Assembly: GCA_965649825.1 (NCBI GenBank)
Contig: OZ287705.1
Coordinates: forward strand, 984,865-1,048,864
DNA length: 64,000 bases
Reading direction: 5' to 3'
From: Penicillus capitatus
Lineage: Eukaryota > Plantae > Chlorophyta
Position numbers and translations under genes: made by a program. The notes under the pieces were generated by a model. That model did not search any database. It was not told the origin of the DNA and saw nothing but the letters and a program-made list of their open reading frames with translations. Shown here piece after piece: positions 1 to 11,619 of this stretch; positions within the stretch are counted from its first letter, which is position 1, and each line of letters starts with the position of its first letter.

Positions 1-2466
1 GATAGAATCCGCTTCCAGGTGCTTGGAAGATCGGGATCTTGTAGTCTAGTGTACGGATCTCTCTTCGGTACACGACATCCCAGATTCTGACGTGATGCAT
101 ATTGGTCATGAGCACGGCAATCTTGCCGTCTTTTGAAAAACTGCAGCTTCTGTTGCTCCGCGTTTCTCTCCGATCCACGATCATCGCACTCGACAGATCG
201 ATCCACACAAGGATACCTTGATCTTGGCAGACCACGACCATGGAACGGCCGCTGGCATCGACAGAGAAGCAGATGTCCAGACATGGACAGTAATAGGAGG
301 TAAGGGTGGCAATGTGACGGTAGACACAGACATTCTCGAGCTTCCAATGCAGCACGGACAAGTCTCCCATGCAGGTCACGATGCTGAGGCCATCCTCTGA
401 GAGAGCAAAGTGACAGAAGCGATTCTTGGCGCTCTCAACCTTGAAGTAATTGGACGGTTCTGTCTGCCATAGACTTCTGCCTTCCTGTCGTGCGTTCATA
501 CGGTTCAGGACATACTGACGTTGTTGAAACAGTTTCCAGACAGTCGTGCATTCGGAGTTGAAACGCATGACTGCGATGGTACTGCCATCGATTGAGAATT
601 TAGAAATGCTCTTTCCGATGTGGATATCATCATCTGCAGCTTTGAGGATGTAATGCGATCGAAGGGCGGCATTGAATCCCCTCAGAACGGAGGGAGACCA
701 CAGAGACATGAGACTCTTGCCAACAAAGAGCAGTTTGGTGGCTTGCGTGCTAAAGCAGAAATCCATCCCCGAGAACTGCTCGACCTTGTCTTCCGGTATC
801 TTGATACGCAAGACCTCCACGCCTTCACAGACATTCCAGATCACACCATTACGACAGGCCGATGCGTAAACCCCCAGCCACTGGCCATTTTTCGACACCG
901 AAATCGCCTCAACTCCATGAACGCTGTCGATTTGCTTCACATCGTCGCTCATCATTCTCATGGCACTAGGACAAATGTCTCGTCCGACGAATCCTGTATT
1001 CAGGACATGAATCGGCGTCTGCGTCTTGAGCTGCCAGACAATGACTTTGAGGGTATCGGTAACACAGCACGACACCAATCCCAACTGATCTCTCAGTCGA
1101 ATGAAGTCGCAGGTATGGATGTTGCCTTCGTTGGGATCGCCAAGAATTATGGGCTCTGGCGACTGATAGTAAGGATGGTTCCATCTGGACCTTCCCGGGT
1201 CAATGGGCGTTCTCCCCAAATTGTCCAAGTCCCATACGTAACAGTTGCTGTCGTTGAATTGCTCTCCCGAGGCCAACAGGCCGTGCCATGTGACAAGGAA
1301 TCCATCTCCCTGGCTGAAACGACCTCTGGTGCCCTGAAGCTGATAGCTGGCGACATCGCCTTCCTCAAGAGAGGGCCACAAAACCACATATCCTTGCACC
1401 AGCTCGTACACCGTCAGCAGCAGACATCGCGATGTACGACTAAACAGAATCAAATCCACCAGTCGTTCGGCGCCGACCCAAGGTTCGTCGATCTGAACCG
1501 GCAACACCAGCATGGGATCGACTTTGCGTGTGACATCGTTAACAACGGCGTCTGTTTCAAAGATAAAGATAATGGAATAGAGCTTGAACGCACCGGAGCG
1601 TTCCTGTTGATGGCGGCTGGGCGAAAAGATATCTGCATTGTCAGGTTCGACATAAGTATAGATGGGGAATCCCAGATAACGCCCATCCGATGAGAGACGC
1701 GGCACGGCCAGTTCCTTCCCAACATAACTGCAATCGTCCCACGATGGGGCACAGTGCGATTCGGTGTAGCGCACGGGGTAGGTGTTGAGATTCCACTTGA
1801 CACAGTGGCCGTCCAGATCCACCGAAACCAGGATGGGAGGATTGTTCTGCAAGAAGGCCACATCCGCAATGCGAAATTCGTGAGGTCCCTTGAGTGTCAT
1901 GGCCAGAGATCCACGAATTGCATCCCATACCAGTAGACTGCCATTTGACATTCCGCACACGATATAACGATCATCGTGTGAGAAAGTGTAACATGTCGTT
2001 TTGAGTTTCTCGATTTTGAAGCTCATGAGACGCTGAGGCGCCAGTTGACGGTTGTTGAGTATAGGAGGATCTGCCACATCTTTTGACCACACTTTGCGAA
2101 TGCTCAACCCTGGATGTCCCGATTCTTGTGAGATTTGTGCCCCGACGGTGTCTAATATGAAGACTGGACAACCATTGATGATCTCATAATCATCGCAGAA
2201 ATAAAGAGTTGTGTCCAAAGGAAGCTTCGCCTCGTAGTCTGCAGAAAATGAGAAGGGCATGTATGATCATAAAGTGCACTACCTGGTCTTCTTCGTTGTG
2301 TCTCGGCGGCCAAGCTGTGGTTGATGCGTCTCCTGTACATTCTGTTGACTTCTCGACGAAGCATCGTCCATAACTGCTCGATGTAGTAGCTGGCTTCCAC
2401 ACGAGCGGCATCGTAACGTTCATTGGCGTAGTCCAAAGCTGCGCCCAGTTTGCGCAGAGTCGCCAT
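1..2466 (-). CDS. WD40 beta-propeller protein, N-terminal part, running off the window; paralog of the WD40-TRP-like channel at 58124-62772
   Basis: ATG at 2466, then a 44-nt GT-AG intron at 2239-2282, then an open minus-strand frame to position 1. It is absent from the ORF track because no stop lies inside the window. The translation has FSHDDRYIVCGMSNGSLLVWD, ACMGDLSVLHWKL, DICFSVDASGRSMVVVCQDQG and VRIWDVV, which match the paralog motif by motif. Confidence 0.85.
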
Positions 2467-2657
2467 GGGATTCTACTACCGCACTGTAGAAACACGCTGC
2501 GAGTTTCTATTTGCAAACAGACAGGGCCTATTGCGAAACTGGGATCGTCTGTGAGGTAACACGATGGCGCAAAACCAGCGAAACGTGGGAAAGGAGTTTG
2601 TTCGTAACAGACAGAGACTGATATTCTGTTGCAGACGGAGCGCACAGCGAAAAGGAC

Positions 2658-2665
2658 ATATATAG
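2658..2665. promoter_or_regulatory. TATA-like element in the divergent WD40/SET spacer
   Basis: CATATATA lies about 190-210 bp from both start codons. Function is unverified. Confidence 0.3.
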
Positions 2666-2874
2666 GGGACGTAGAATCTGTGAGAACAGGTTTCGTGGCA
2701 GTTTCCAAAGGTGGAACTATGCGTCAGACAACGCCTCTTTGGTGATGACGTCCCCCTACTTCCCCGACTTGACAGTGAGAAAATGAGGTGTGGGAGTGTG
2801 TTGGCTCAGGTTCGCTGTCGCGTGTTTTGCAAATAAACCAAACGTCCCATCAATACGAACCCTGCAAGCAGGTA

Positions 2875-4623
2875 ATGGAGAAGGGGCTCATCGCCTGGAT
2901 CCAGGGTGAAGGTGGATATGTCCACCCGGCGATTGACCTTTTTGCCGAGAAGGCAGAGCGTCGAGATCGCGGTGTCGTTGCTCGTCAAAAGATAGAGAAG
3001 GACGAGCAGCTGCTTCTGATACCCGAGAAATGCGCCCTGTACTTTCCCGACCGTCTCTCGCTGTTTCACACGGTTTTGAGTATAAAAACGTGCGCTGTAG
3101 TTAAGGGAATGACCAGAGGGAAGACGCGTGTTGGATGCGAGGGCGAAGTCATGAAAGTTTTGGACGAGGAAGGATCCACACTTACACCCTTCCTCCTGAC
3201 GCTTCTTCTGTTTCTAAGAGAAACGGCACAGGGATCGCCTTCCCATTTTGGCGCCTATATCCAGACACTACCTACCGAACCTCCTCCATCGCTCATAACC
3301 TGGTCCATCAATGAGCGCAAACTGCTCCGTGGTTCATGCACCAAAAAACTGCTCATGGCTTGATAAGGCATACAGGGACAAGTTTGGAGAGAAATGCAGA
3401 TCGTCAGCTTCTGGAAGAAGCCTTCGACAGTCAATTGTTGCCCCTGATGAAGAGACATCCTGATCTGTGGCCCTCCGATATCTGCGATATGGATCGGATG
3501 CGATCGGCAGCCGCAATGATTCAGTCGCGGGTCTTTCACATGAAAGAAGAGAACTGGATCACCAATACCGTACAATGACCTGCCTGATGTGCAGCACTCA
3601 ACATGAGTCGTGATCAGGTGCATGAAGGCACGACCCTCTATCTCATTCCCGGAATCGATATGATCAATCACTCACACGACGACGACGCCATCAACACAGA
3701 ACTGATGAAGTGCAAGGACTGCACTTCGGTGGAGTTGGGAGACGGACGTCGAGTCGACGTCGAAGGCTATTTCGCCATGAAAGCAGGTGAATACATGCGA
3801 TCTCTGCACAGGTCGTGCTCATCCCACTGTGCGCTATAGACCGTGCGATCGAAGCAGGAGAAGAAATTTTGCACAGTTATGGAGATCTGAGTCGTGCTGC
3901 TTTGCTCAGGATCTATGGTTTCGTCCCCGACGAGGACACCCCTAACCGTCACGATTTCCTTGTCGTTACCTATCCGCTGATCAAGGCCGCAGCCGAGGCC
4001 GTTATCCAAAAGTGCTCACAGATAATCTAGGCATCTATCAACGCAGTGCCGTTTGGCATTAGACAGCAGTGGTCCATACAGGACATGACTGTACGCGAGG
4101 CCTTTCTCTCAAAGCAATGGCAGGAAGACATCGGCACCGTAGAGGATATCGAGTTTCATGTCACACTGGAAGATATCCTGCCCGCGAAGCTCTTGACGAT
4201 TATCCAAGTCCTCCTTCTCCCAGACGAGGACTTTCAGGCAATGCAGGAGGAGCAAGAAGCAGAAGAGAGCATGGAAATGCATCCCTTTGAACTCGGGCTC
4301 GACTATGTCGACGATTCTGCATGGTCCGATATGGTCATGCTCAGTCTTATCGAGGTTGGTCTTCCTGAAGACACTCGTTCGATTCGACTGCTGTGTAGAT
4401 CATCGAACGGCTCAAGAACAGGGCTCCTTCGTTCTTGGATGTCGACCAGGAAGTCGAAAAGGGTATGTTACGTCAACCTTGTGTCTGCCTGGCGAGGTCT
4501 CTAGCCAACAGTGAGAAAGATCTGCTGACGGCACAGTGGAGATCGATCGTGGCGCTCATGCAGAGGGACGACGACGGCGACGAGCTTTCCAGCGATGCAT
4601 CTCGTAGTTCTTCCCCTCCGTAA
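2875..4623 (+). CDS. SET-domain protein-lysine methyltransferase (SETD6/Rubisco-LSMT-like)
   Basis: Motifs RGVVARQKIEKDEQLLLIP, LIPGIDMINHS and AGEEILHSYG. Inferred introns include 3053-3100, 3332-3375, 3570-3617, 3787-3839 and 4012-4062. The start codon is approximate. Confidence 0.85.
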
Positions 4624-5345
4624 ACGCGCTCGACGGATTTGGATAACCGACGATCGTATGCGTCCTCGTCAGAGTGCTCATTGTGTTGCTATAATGCTAT
4701 GAGAAGTCATTGAATTTTTGTTAAAGCCAGCGCGGACAAACGTCACATCATATACAACAGCCACGGATACGTTCTTTTGCTAAGTGTTCACGTTTCTCGT
4801 GTGAGTCCCCGAGAAAACTCACAGCGTTTTGTGTGAGCAATCAGAGCGTGTGAGAATTGATCTTTCTGAGAAGGTAGAAAGAACATGACCGTCGGAAAAC
4901 AGTCGCATCATTTTGACCTACCGTTTCGCCCCTCCCGCGTATCGTTCGCATCGGCGTCGTGTCAATCTTTCGCCAAAAACCTCGGTGCTGAGTACAATCG
5001 CCGCGAATTCTTGCCGAGACGCTGTTCATGCGCCTTCGTTTTGACTCTGCGATGCGATGGCCCATTAAAATGATGCATGCTCAACCCTGTGTTCGGTGAC
5101 GGCGCTGTCTCCATGCCTTGAGCGGTGACATTCAATTCCGCGGCGGCGTTCGTTGCGCGACAATGCGTTGAAAAATGTCGCCGTGCAGCTTTGGCGGACA
5201 CGCGGCAACATGCCCCCGCTGAGCTGTCCTGTCGAAATCGATCCTTCACAGTGCTGTACGCGGCGGTTCCTCTGTGCGCCCGTCTTCTTTCATGTTTTCG
5301 CAGAAACTCCGACTGCTAAGAAGGAATACGTTGTTCTAGAGTGCC

Positions 5346-6382
5346 ATGACTGAGATAATAGAAGTCTGCTCCCTTGTGGAAGGAGCGTGGTTCGACGTCG
5401 TCTCTGGGGAATGCTCCATCGCCTGGGTCCTTGGAAAACCACATGTTCGCATTAAATTCATGTTCGGACCGAATGAACACGCGGCCTGTGACTCGGTCGT
5501 TGTACTCTAGGGCGTTTGCTTACAACGAGTGCGAGTATTTTGGTTTCCACCACCTCTTTCAAAAGCGTTTTCGGCATCCTCTAACGTAGAAGGACGACGG
5601 TAAAAGAACGAAGGACGGTATTCCATTTGTTTGTGCGTTTCAGGCTTGTCGAGTTAGACACCCCTTTGGAAATTGGCCAAAAGGTCGTGGGCCTCGCAAA
5701 ATCCGAAAATGAACAAAAGTGGTGAGCGACACCGTTGTCTTGGCCAGTCGCCCGCCTTACGTCTCGTGTACAATTAGGTTTGACGCGTCGATAGAGAAAA
5801 TCGTTCAACGAGATGGTAACGTGCCTTCGGGAGAGCATACATATCAAACTATTGGGCTGTAATACAGGAGACGTTCTCGTTACGGTGGATTGGTGCTTGG
5901 GAATGTACGTTTACGTGTTTGGTACGCCAATTGGAAGAGTCTTATCAGTGGTGAACGGTGATATCGGGTTGCCTTCTGAACCCCTTGATCCTTATACGCA
6001 CCCCGTTATCAGTCAATGGACGCAAGCGTTGTCGGAGCTTTCTGGATTGCAAGAGAAATTCGAGAACAGAGAAGATCGAATTCCTCTCGAGCCTCAACCG
6101 CAACCCGTTTCCAAGATTGCAATGGAACCGATCGAGAAATGGACTCCTGCTTCTCTCTCGGTACGCAAAAGGGCAAGTTTGCGTACAGGAGAGAAAAAAA
6201 CTAAGAAACCGAAGAATAATAAGAATTCTGTACGCGACGAACAATCGGAATCGGTAATGGAACAAAACAGTGCGAGCAAAGATAGTTTTATGGCCTCTGG
6301 AAGTGGTTCCGTGGGCCTTGAATCTGCACAAGTTGGTGATATGCCCATGGGCGACATCGAAAGACTCGAAGTCGTCCCATAA
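5346..6382 (+). CDS. SAWADEE-like tandem-Tudor domain protein with a low-complexity C-terminal tail
   Basis: Splicing GT-AG introns 5462-5510, 5586-5643, 5722-5777 and 5816-5867 gives MTEIIEVCSLVEGAWFDV...VRIKFMAFAYNECEY...KRFR...LEIGQKVVG...KWFDASIEKI...VLVTVDW. This follows the order of SAWADEE motifs (E.R...DGAWYDV, VRVRF.GF..E.DE, GD.V, YDA.V..I). Confidence 0.65.
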
Positions 6383-7160
6383 ATTATCAAACATTTAACC
6401 GCAAGTCTTCTCTCAGTACAGTTCTTTTACGGTTAAGAACAGCAATTCATTTTTTTTTTCTTTTCTTTAGTCGAACTATTGATGGAAGTAAACACTTGTG
6501 GGTATGCATTACGCTTACAACATAAGTAAGATTGACAGTACAAAGCTTTCTGTGGGCAAAGATCCCAACTTGCCGTCGCCCGTTATATAATCGATTCTTT
6601 CTGAAATTAAAAAGTATTCTTTACACGCTGGTTAGTCGTACAGCTCCCGCGAAACCCAATTTCTAATCCAGTGCTTGTTGCCTTTTTATTACTCGAAGCT
6701 CGAGACGCGGCACAATTGGGGTGTTGATGATGTGACCGCCTCCCATTTCCTATGTCTAGTTTTTGACGATTCACAAAAAGCTTTAATCAGTCCTTTGTCT
6801 TTTCAAGCGCCACTGGATTGCAGTCAGTGGATTTTTAAACAGGGCCATTATCATTATCCATCCATACACTATGAGTTCTTGTATCGTCTAACCGATCACG
6901 TATCGTGTCTTTTAGCAAACCTCAACGAAGTTAACAAAAACTCCACGTGTACGTTTTAAGTCGTTGAGAGCCGTAGAAAAATATCAATCTCAAACTTTAG
7001 AGGAACGGAATGGTTGCGAAGGTCGAGTGCGCTCAAGGGTGTGAAGTAATCGTAAGGAAACCTAGGTTTTGTTATCTTAGTCACTTAGCCTTCACTTGAG
7101 TTCAGCGGCGGTCTTACGATTATCGAACACGAAATCAAAGATATTGGAAACGGTGTTACT

Positions 7161-7176
7161 TTGATTTGATTTGATT
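7161..7176. repeat. Short (TTGAT)3 tandem repeat
   Basis: TTGATTTGATTTGATT read directly from the sequence. Confidence 0.8.
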
Positions 7177-7398
7177 AAACAGCCCGATCGACGTCAGCGT
7201 TACCAAGACGGCTCAGTTTATCCGATTCGTCGATCGGCAGCGAAAACGCTTAGAAAAGCCGATGGAGCAAAATGATAAAACCGCAGACGTTACGGCGCAT
7301 GACGATGAGAACGTCGCTGTCACTCTTACACGACCACGGACGCGACACATTAGTCAGACAGAGGATCGCTTAAGCTCGCGTCCGCGGAAAGAAGGCGT

Positions 7399-8877
7399 TC
7401 ATCGTCCAAACTTCGCATCTCTTCGGTTTTGGCTATAGTACTTGCGCGAAGTGACACTATCTTCCAACTTGCGTTCTCCTTTGCTAACCCACTTGGCAAC
7501 AGCACTTGCCATTTCATGTGCTGCACCCCGACCATCATTATCCATTCTCTTCATTTTCTCCTTTAAAGCGTCCAATTCTGCCTGATCTCTTTTCTCTGCC
7601 CGTGCGATCTTCTCCGTGGCATGTTGATGACGAGAAGCGGCATCGTGTGTCATCTGAGCCAATCGTGCAGCTTTTTCATCTTCGGAGAGTCGACCGACAC
7701 GATGCGTACGTCGATGATACCTGATGAACATGAGGCTCATTCAAAAACGGCATGGCTGAGGGAAAGGGACCTTTCAGACTCTTCCTTCTGCCTTTTCGCT
7801 GCGTTACGTTCTTCCGCTTCTCTGATGCGCCTCTTCGTCTCCTCTGCTCGTTTCGTAAGCGTCGCTTCGTTGTCTGCGTGGAAGGAAGAGACTTTGAGAC
7901 CATATCTGCCGTCGCATGCGTGATCAGATTGTGTAGGAGACGAAGCATTCTTTCTATACCCTTCTCGATGTCTGGGACGGGTAGGTGAAAGGGAACGCTC
8001 CGGTCGTTTTCGTTTGGATCCAGATTCAAACTCTGTGTGATGAGGAGACCGTGTCCTCTCTTCTCTTATACGACTCTGGCGTTTTTGCAGTTCCTTGATT
8101 TCTTTCTTCAGCTTCTTCTTCTCCCTCTTCATCTCTTTCACCTTCTTCACCTGCTCTCACATCCGATGTGACGTTCAAAGCCATGCCGTCCATCACACCA
8201 ATCGCCCTACCTCTTTCTTAATGCGCTCCATCTGAACTGGATTCTGTCTTATTCTTTTGATCGCCTCTTGCTCTTGTCTCCTGATCTGCACAAACAGTTC
8301 CGAATCTCAGCGGCCTATCGTGCCGTATCCTCCGTTTCACCATCATCAACGGGTCATTGTTGAGCCGAGACCATGCTTCATTCGCAGAATGTGGGGTGTC
8401 ATCCACATAGAAAGAAGGCAAAACGGCTGCACGCTCCACCTGCCAATCGCATTTCTCATCGCATCACTAGCCAGCACATTCATTGCCGGACTCTAGAGAT
8501 GGTTTCGTGTGGTGTGTCCAGCACAGCGGGTTTGGACATCTCGTCTGCTTCGTCCTTCTTACGCTGGGCCTCGGTCTTCTCTACCACACCGCCCCCATAC
8601 ATCCAGTCCAATCGATCTTGTGGTCTACACATGAGCATCTTTTCGTTAGGGGAGGAAGGAAGTACATAACGTCATGCCTGGCATGTCCTGCCTTCTCTGC
8701 CACTTGTTCAAGCTCCTCCAGCTGGCGTTCTTGAGCTATCTGTTTCTGCAGCTCTTCGAGTCGCGCCTCCTCGCGGGCCGCTTTCTGTTCCCGTTTCCAC
8801 ACTTCCTCGACATTTCGTATAGAACCGGTGTGAAAATGCTTCTTGTTGAGAAAAGCGAGGGGTCCACCTTTGCCCAT
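7399..8877 (-). CDS. CWC25: Pre-mRNA splicing factor CWC25 (CCDC49)
   Basis: N-terminus MGKGGPLAFLNKKHFHTGSIRNVEEVWKREQ, then RLDWMY and NDPLMMIRRQEQ, and a charged C-terminus. Five inferred introns, the first being GC-AG (8625-8677). Confidence 0.92.
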
Positions 8878-9054
8878 TGCACAGTACGATGAACAGGTCA
8901 CATCAGCCGCGTCGCTTGTGCTTGGTAAATCGGTTCCGCGGACGTTAACACATTCGAAGCCCAAATTCTCTCAGCAAAAATACTCATCACTGCCCAGACT
9001 TGCAATACCACAGCCACATTCTCATCGAATTCTTGTATTTGGCGCAAAGAAACG

Positions 9055-11375
9055 ATGGCGGATGGAGACGTAGAGGTAAGCTCCTTCTCCACAGCTCCGA
9101 ACGAGACGGAGTGGTTTTGGCCAAGTCACAACGGAGCATAACGCGTGTTTAACTTCTTAGGTCGTCGCGACGGAAAGCGGTGGGATTTCGGAAGAACCCA
9201 GTCGAAAGGGGTTCTTTGGGCACTCCATAAAGGACCGAACGCAAGGAAGATTGCAACGTTTGAAAAAGTTCCTTCAACATAAAAGACAGGAGGAGTTCAG
9301 GACGCCGGTGAATACCGTCCTATCGCTCGTTTGCGATTTGGGCTGTCTGTCATTCCGAGCATACAACGACCCGAGCAACCCAGGCTTCAACGAACTGACG
9401 ACAACAGGATGTAGAGTCAGACATCTCAATTAGTAAAGCTCCCCTTATCTACAGTGTGAGAAGTGTGACATTATTACAGCGACATTTTGAATGCGTCTGT
9501 GGAAGGCGTGTTGAAGATTCACCTAGAAAGAGCGGACAACGTCCTTGACGCAGACGTCGAACGCCATGAGATCTTACTGTGATGTGACTTGTGTATGCGT
9601 GCGTAGTTCGGCCCCGGGCGCAGTGATCCCTACGTCGTTTTCTCGACAGGCTGGTCCCAAGCTGCGAGTACGACTGTGCAGAACACAGACAACCCTGTCT
9701 GGAACTCGACGCATTACCTGCTCATTCGGTTTGCTCTCCTTCGTTCTCCCCTCTGTTCATGTTGCCTTGCTGCATGGACAGAAAACCAGGGGCCGTTAAC
9801 AGAGATGATAGTCAGTTGAGAATTCGACTCTTTGATTCGGATATTTCGTGGGGAGACAATGCAGAGCGCGATTTTCGGCAGTTTCTGATTCGTGACGATT
9901 TCTTGGGTTCCGCTTTCGTCAATCTCGAAGAACTGATGCAGCCGGGTGTTCAGTCGCAAGATGTCGTATTACACCTGGAAGGAGATCACAGAGAACAGAA
10001 AACGGTTGTTCACTTTACCACCGAGTTCATGTCCTTTGCCAGTGACCCAACCCCGTTCCCATCGTGCCCCTGTCATGTTTTGTACAGATGCCTGTGCTGA
10101 GCTTGGCAAAGAAGAACATAGTCATGGTACTTGGGCCGAAAGGGTGGATGACGATGGGACGTACAGATGGTCCGAGCTTCCGGTTGATACACATGTGGGT
10201 CACATCACCTTTCGGCCTGTCGCTTTCATCAACTGCATGCGGACGGGAACGCAGGTAGTCCCCTCGCGCGTCGCCCCTCATCGGAGCGCATCCTGTGTTC
10301 AGGTGTGGATACATTGTAATACCAGTGAAAGGGCATTGGCGGTTGCTTTCAGAGGCACCGAAGCAAATCGGTTGAAAGATTTAATAACAGATCTGAATTT
10401 TTTTCCGAGGCGGCTGCAATGGAAGAATGATGGGACATGCACACTCAGATTAACAGAGACAGCAATGCTTAGGGGGATTCGTGTCCATTCTGGCTTTCGT
10501 GGGGCATACCAATCGATCTGGTCGACACTCTTAACTATTGTGGAGAATATCACACACTGGCGACAAAACTGGACCATCTGTTTGACAGGACACTCCTTGG
10601 GCGGCGCATTAGCAACACTATGTGCATTTGAATACGCCAATCGACAGTGAGTGTCCTTCCTTCGCCATCGGCCATGATTTGAAGAGGTCACGTCTGGCTA
10701 TCACAGAAATGACAGAGGAGAGACGCCACATATCGTCATGATGAATTTCGGAGCGCCGCGTGTCGGCAACTGCGAATTTGCTCAAAACTATCGAATCACT
10801 GTTCCGGAATCTTATCGCATCGTCAATCGTCTCGACATCATTCACAAGATTCCTATTTTCTTGAAGCATGTATCACGCGAGATCGCCTTTGAAGAAGATG
10901 GCGAAGTGATCGTTGACAAGAGACTGTCCATCAAACTGTTTTCCAAAGTCTACGATGACGTACGAGTAGATACACCAAGCCCTCTCCCACGCAACCCATC
11001 ATGCATGTGCTGTAGGATGCGGTCCCTGGTAGCAATGGGTCAGAGGACGAGGAGGAGATGCCGAAGGCCGAGAAGTTGACAAAAAGAGGTCTCTTCAGGA
11101 CGCCTGGGTTCAAAGGACACTTTGAGAACTACTACTTCGATGTCGTTACCCGTGCCATCGGATCTCTCTTTGAAGAGCAGAAAGAACATCTCCAATACCT
11201 GTTGAACGGGATGAAGCAAACGAAGGAACGCAAAGAACAGGCTGACAAAGACGAAGGCGAATCCTCAGAAGCACATAAACTCTCGACGGTTCAGACCACC
11301 ACTCCCGAGAGCAGTAATAATCCAGCACCTAACGCTGCCAAGACGTCACAGGAAACAAAGGAAAAAAACGTTTGA
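9055..11375 (+). CDS. C2-domain-containing class 3 lipase (HIL1-like architecture)
   Basis: C2 motifs VLKIHLERADNV, SDPYVVF and NTDNPVWN. Lipase motifs VAFRGTE, VHSGF, LTGHSLGGALA, NFGAPRVGN and RIVNRLDII, plus a C-terminal His in GHFENYY. The 5' exon boundaries are approximate. Confidence 0.85.
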
Positions 11376-11619
11376 GAAGTTTCTTTTATTGTCGAGTGTT
11401 GAAGAGCATATTTCATTGAGGTGTGATTTCGAAGAAACTTTTACTTGCCTTTATACACCTTGTCATTTTGAGTGGCTTTGTTTTCGATTTCTGTCGCATA
11501 TGATCATGTCTTCCAAAAGGACGAACATTGGCAGCTTCTTAATATCCACCGCATGGTTGTATCTGGAACTAGGTTAGCTGTGACATGACAGCCCTTCAGG
11601 TGTGACGCGACGCAAAGAA

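Noticed and set aside
620-1693. 357-aa plus-strand ORF, and many similar long ORFs opposite real genes (e.g. 30144-31016, 47641-48102, 26905-27459)
   Set aside because: These are antisense shadows of genuine coding exons on the other strand and show no recognisable motifs.
4028-4030. In-frame TAG in the SET gene suggesting the TAR=Gln code of some ulvophytes
   Set aside because: It is removed by a plausible 51-nt intron (4012-4062). TAA and TAG clearly terminate ATG7, SUCLG1, BRM, CRIPT-neighbouring and kinase genes.
4803-4812. GAGTCCCCG resembling the RNase MRP CR-I motif
   Set aside because: No partner GGGGCTYAC lies within a few hundred nt. The only such string (44917) is a UBC8 splice donor read backwards.
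6561-6686. USE-like TCCCAACTTG, TTATATAA and a downstream T5 run resembling a Pol III type-3 gene
   Set aside because: The USE-TATA spacing (about 11 bp) does not fit plant-type promoters, and the implied 70-nt RNA matches no snRNA I recognise. AT-rich context explains the elements.
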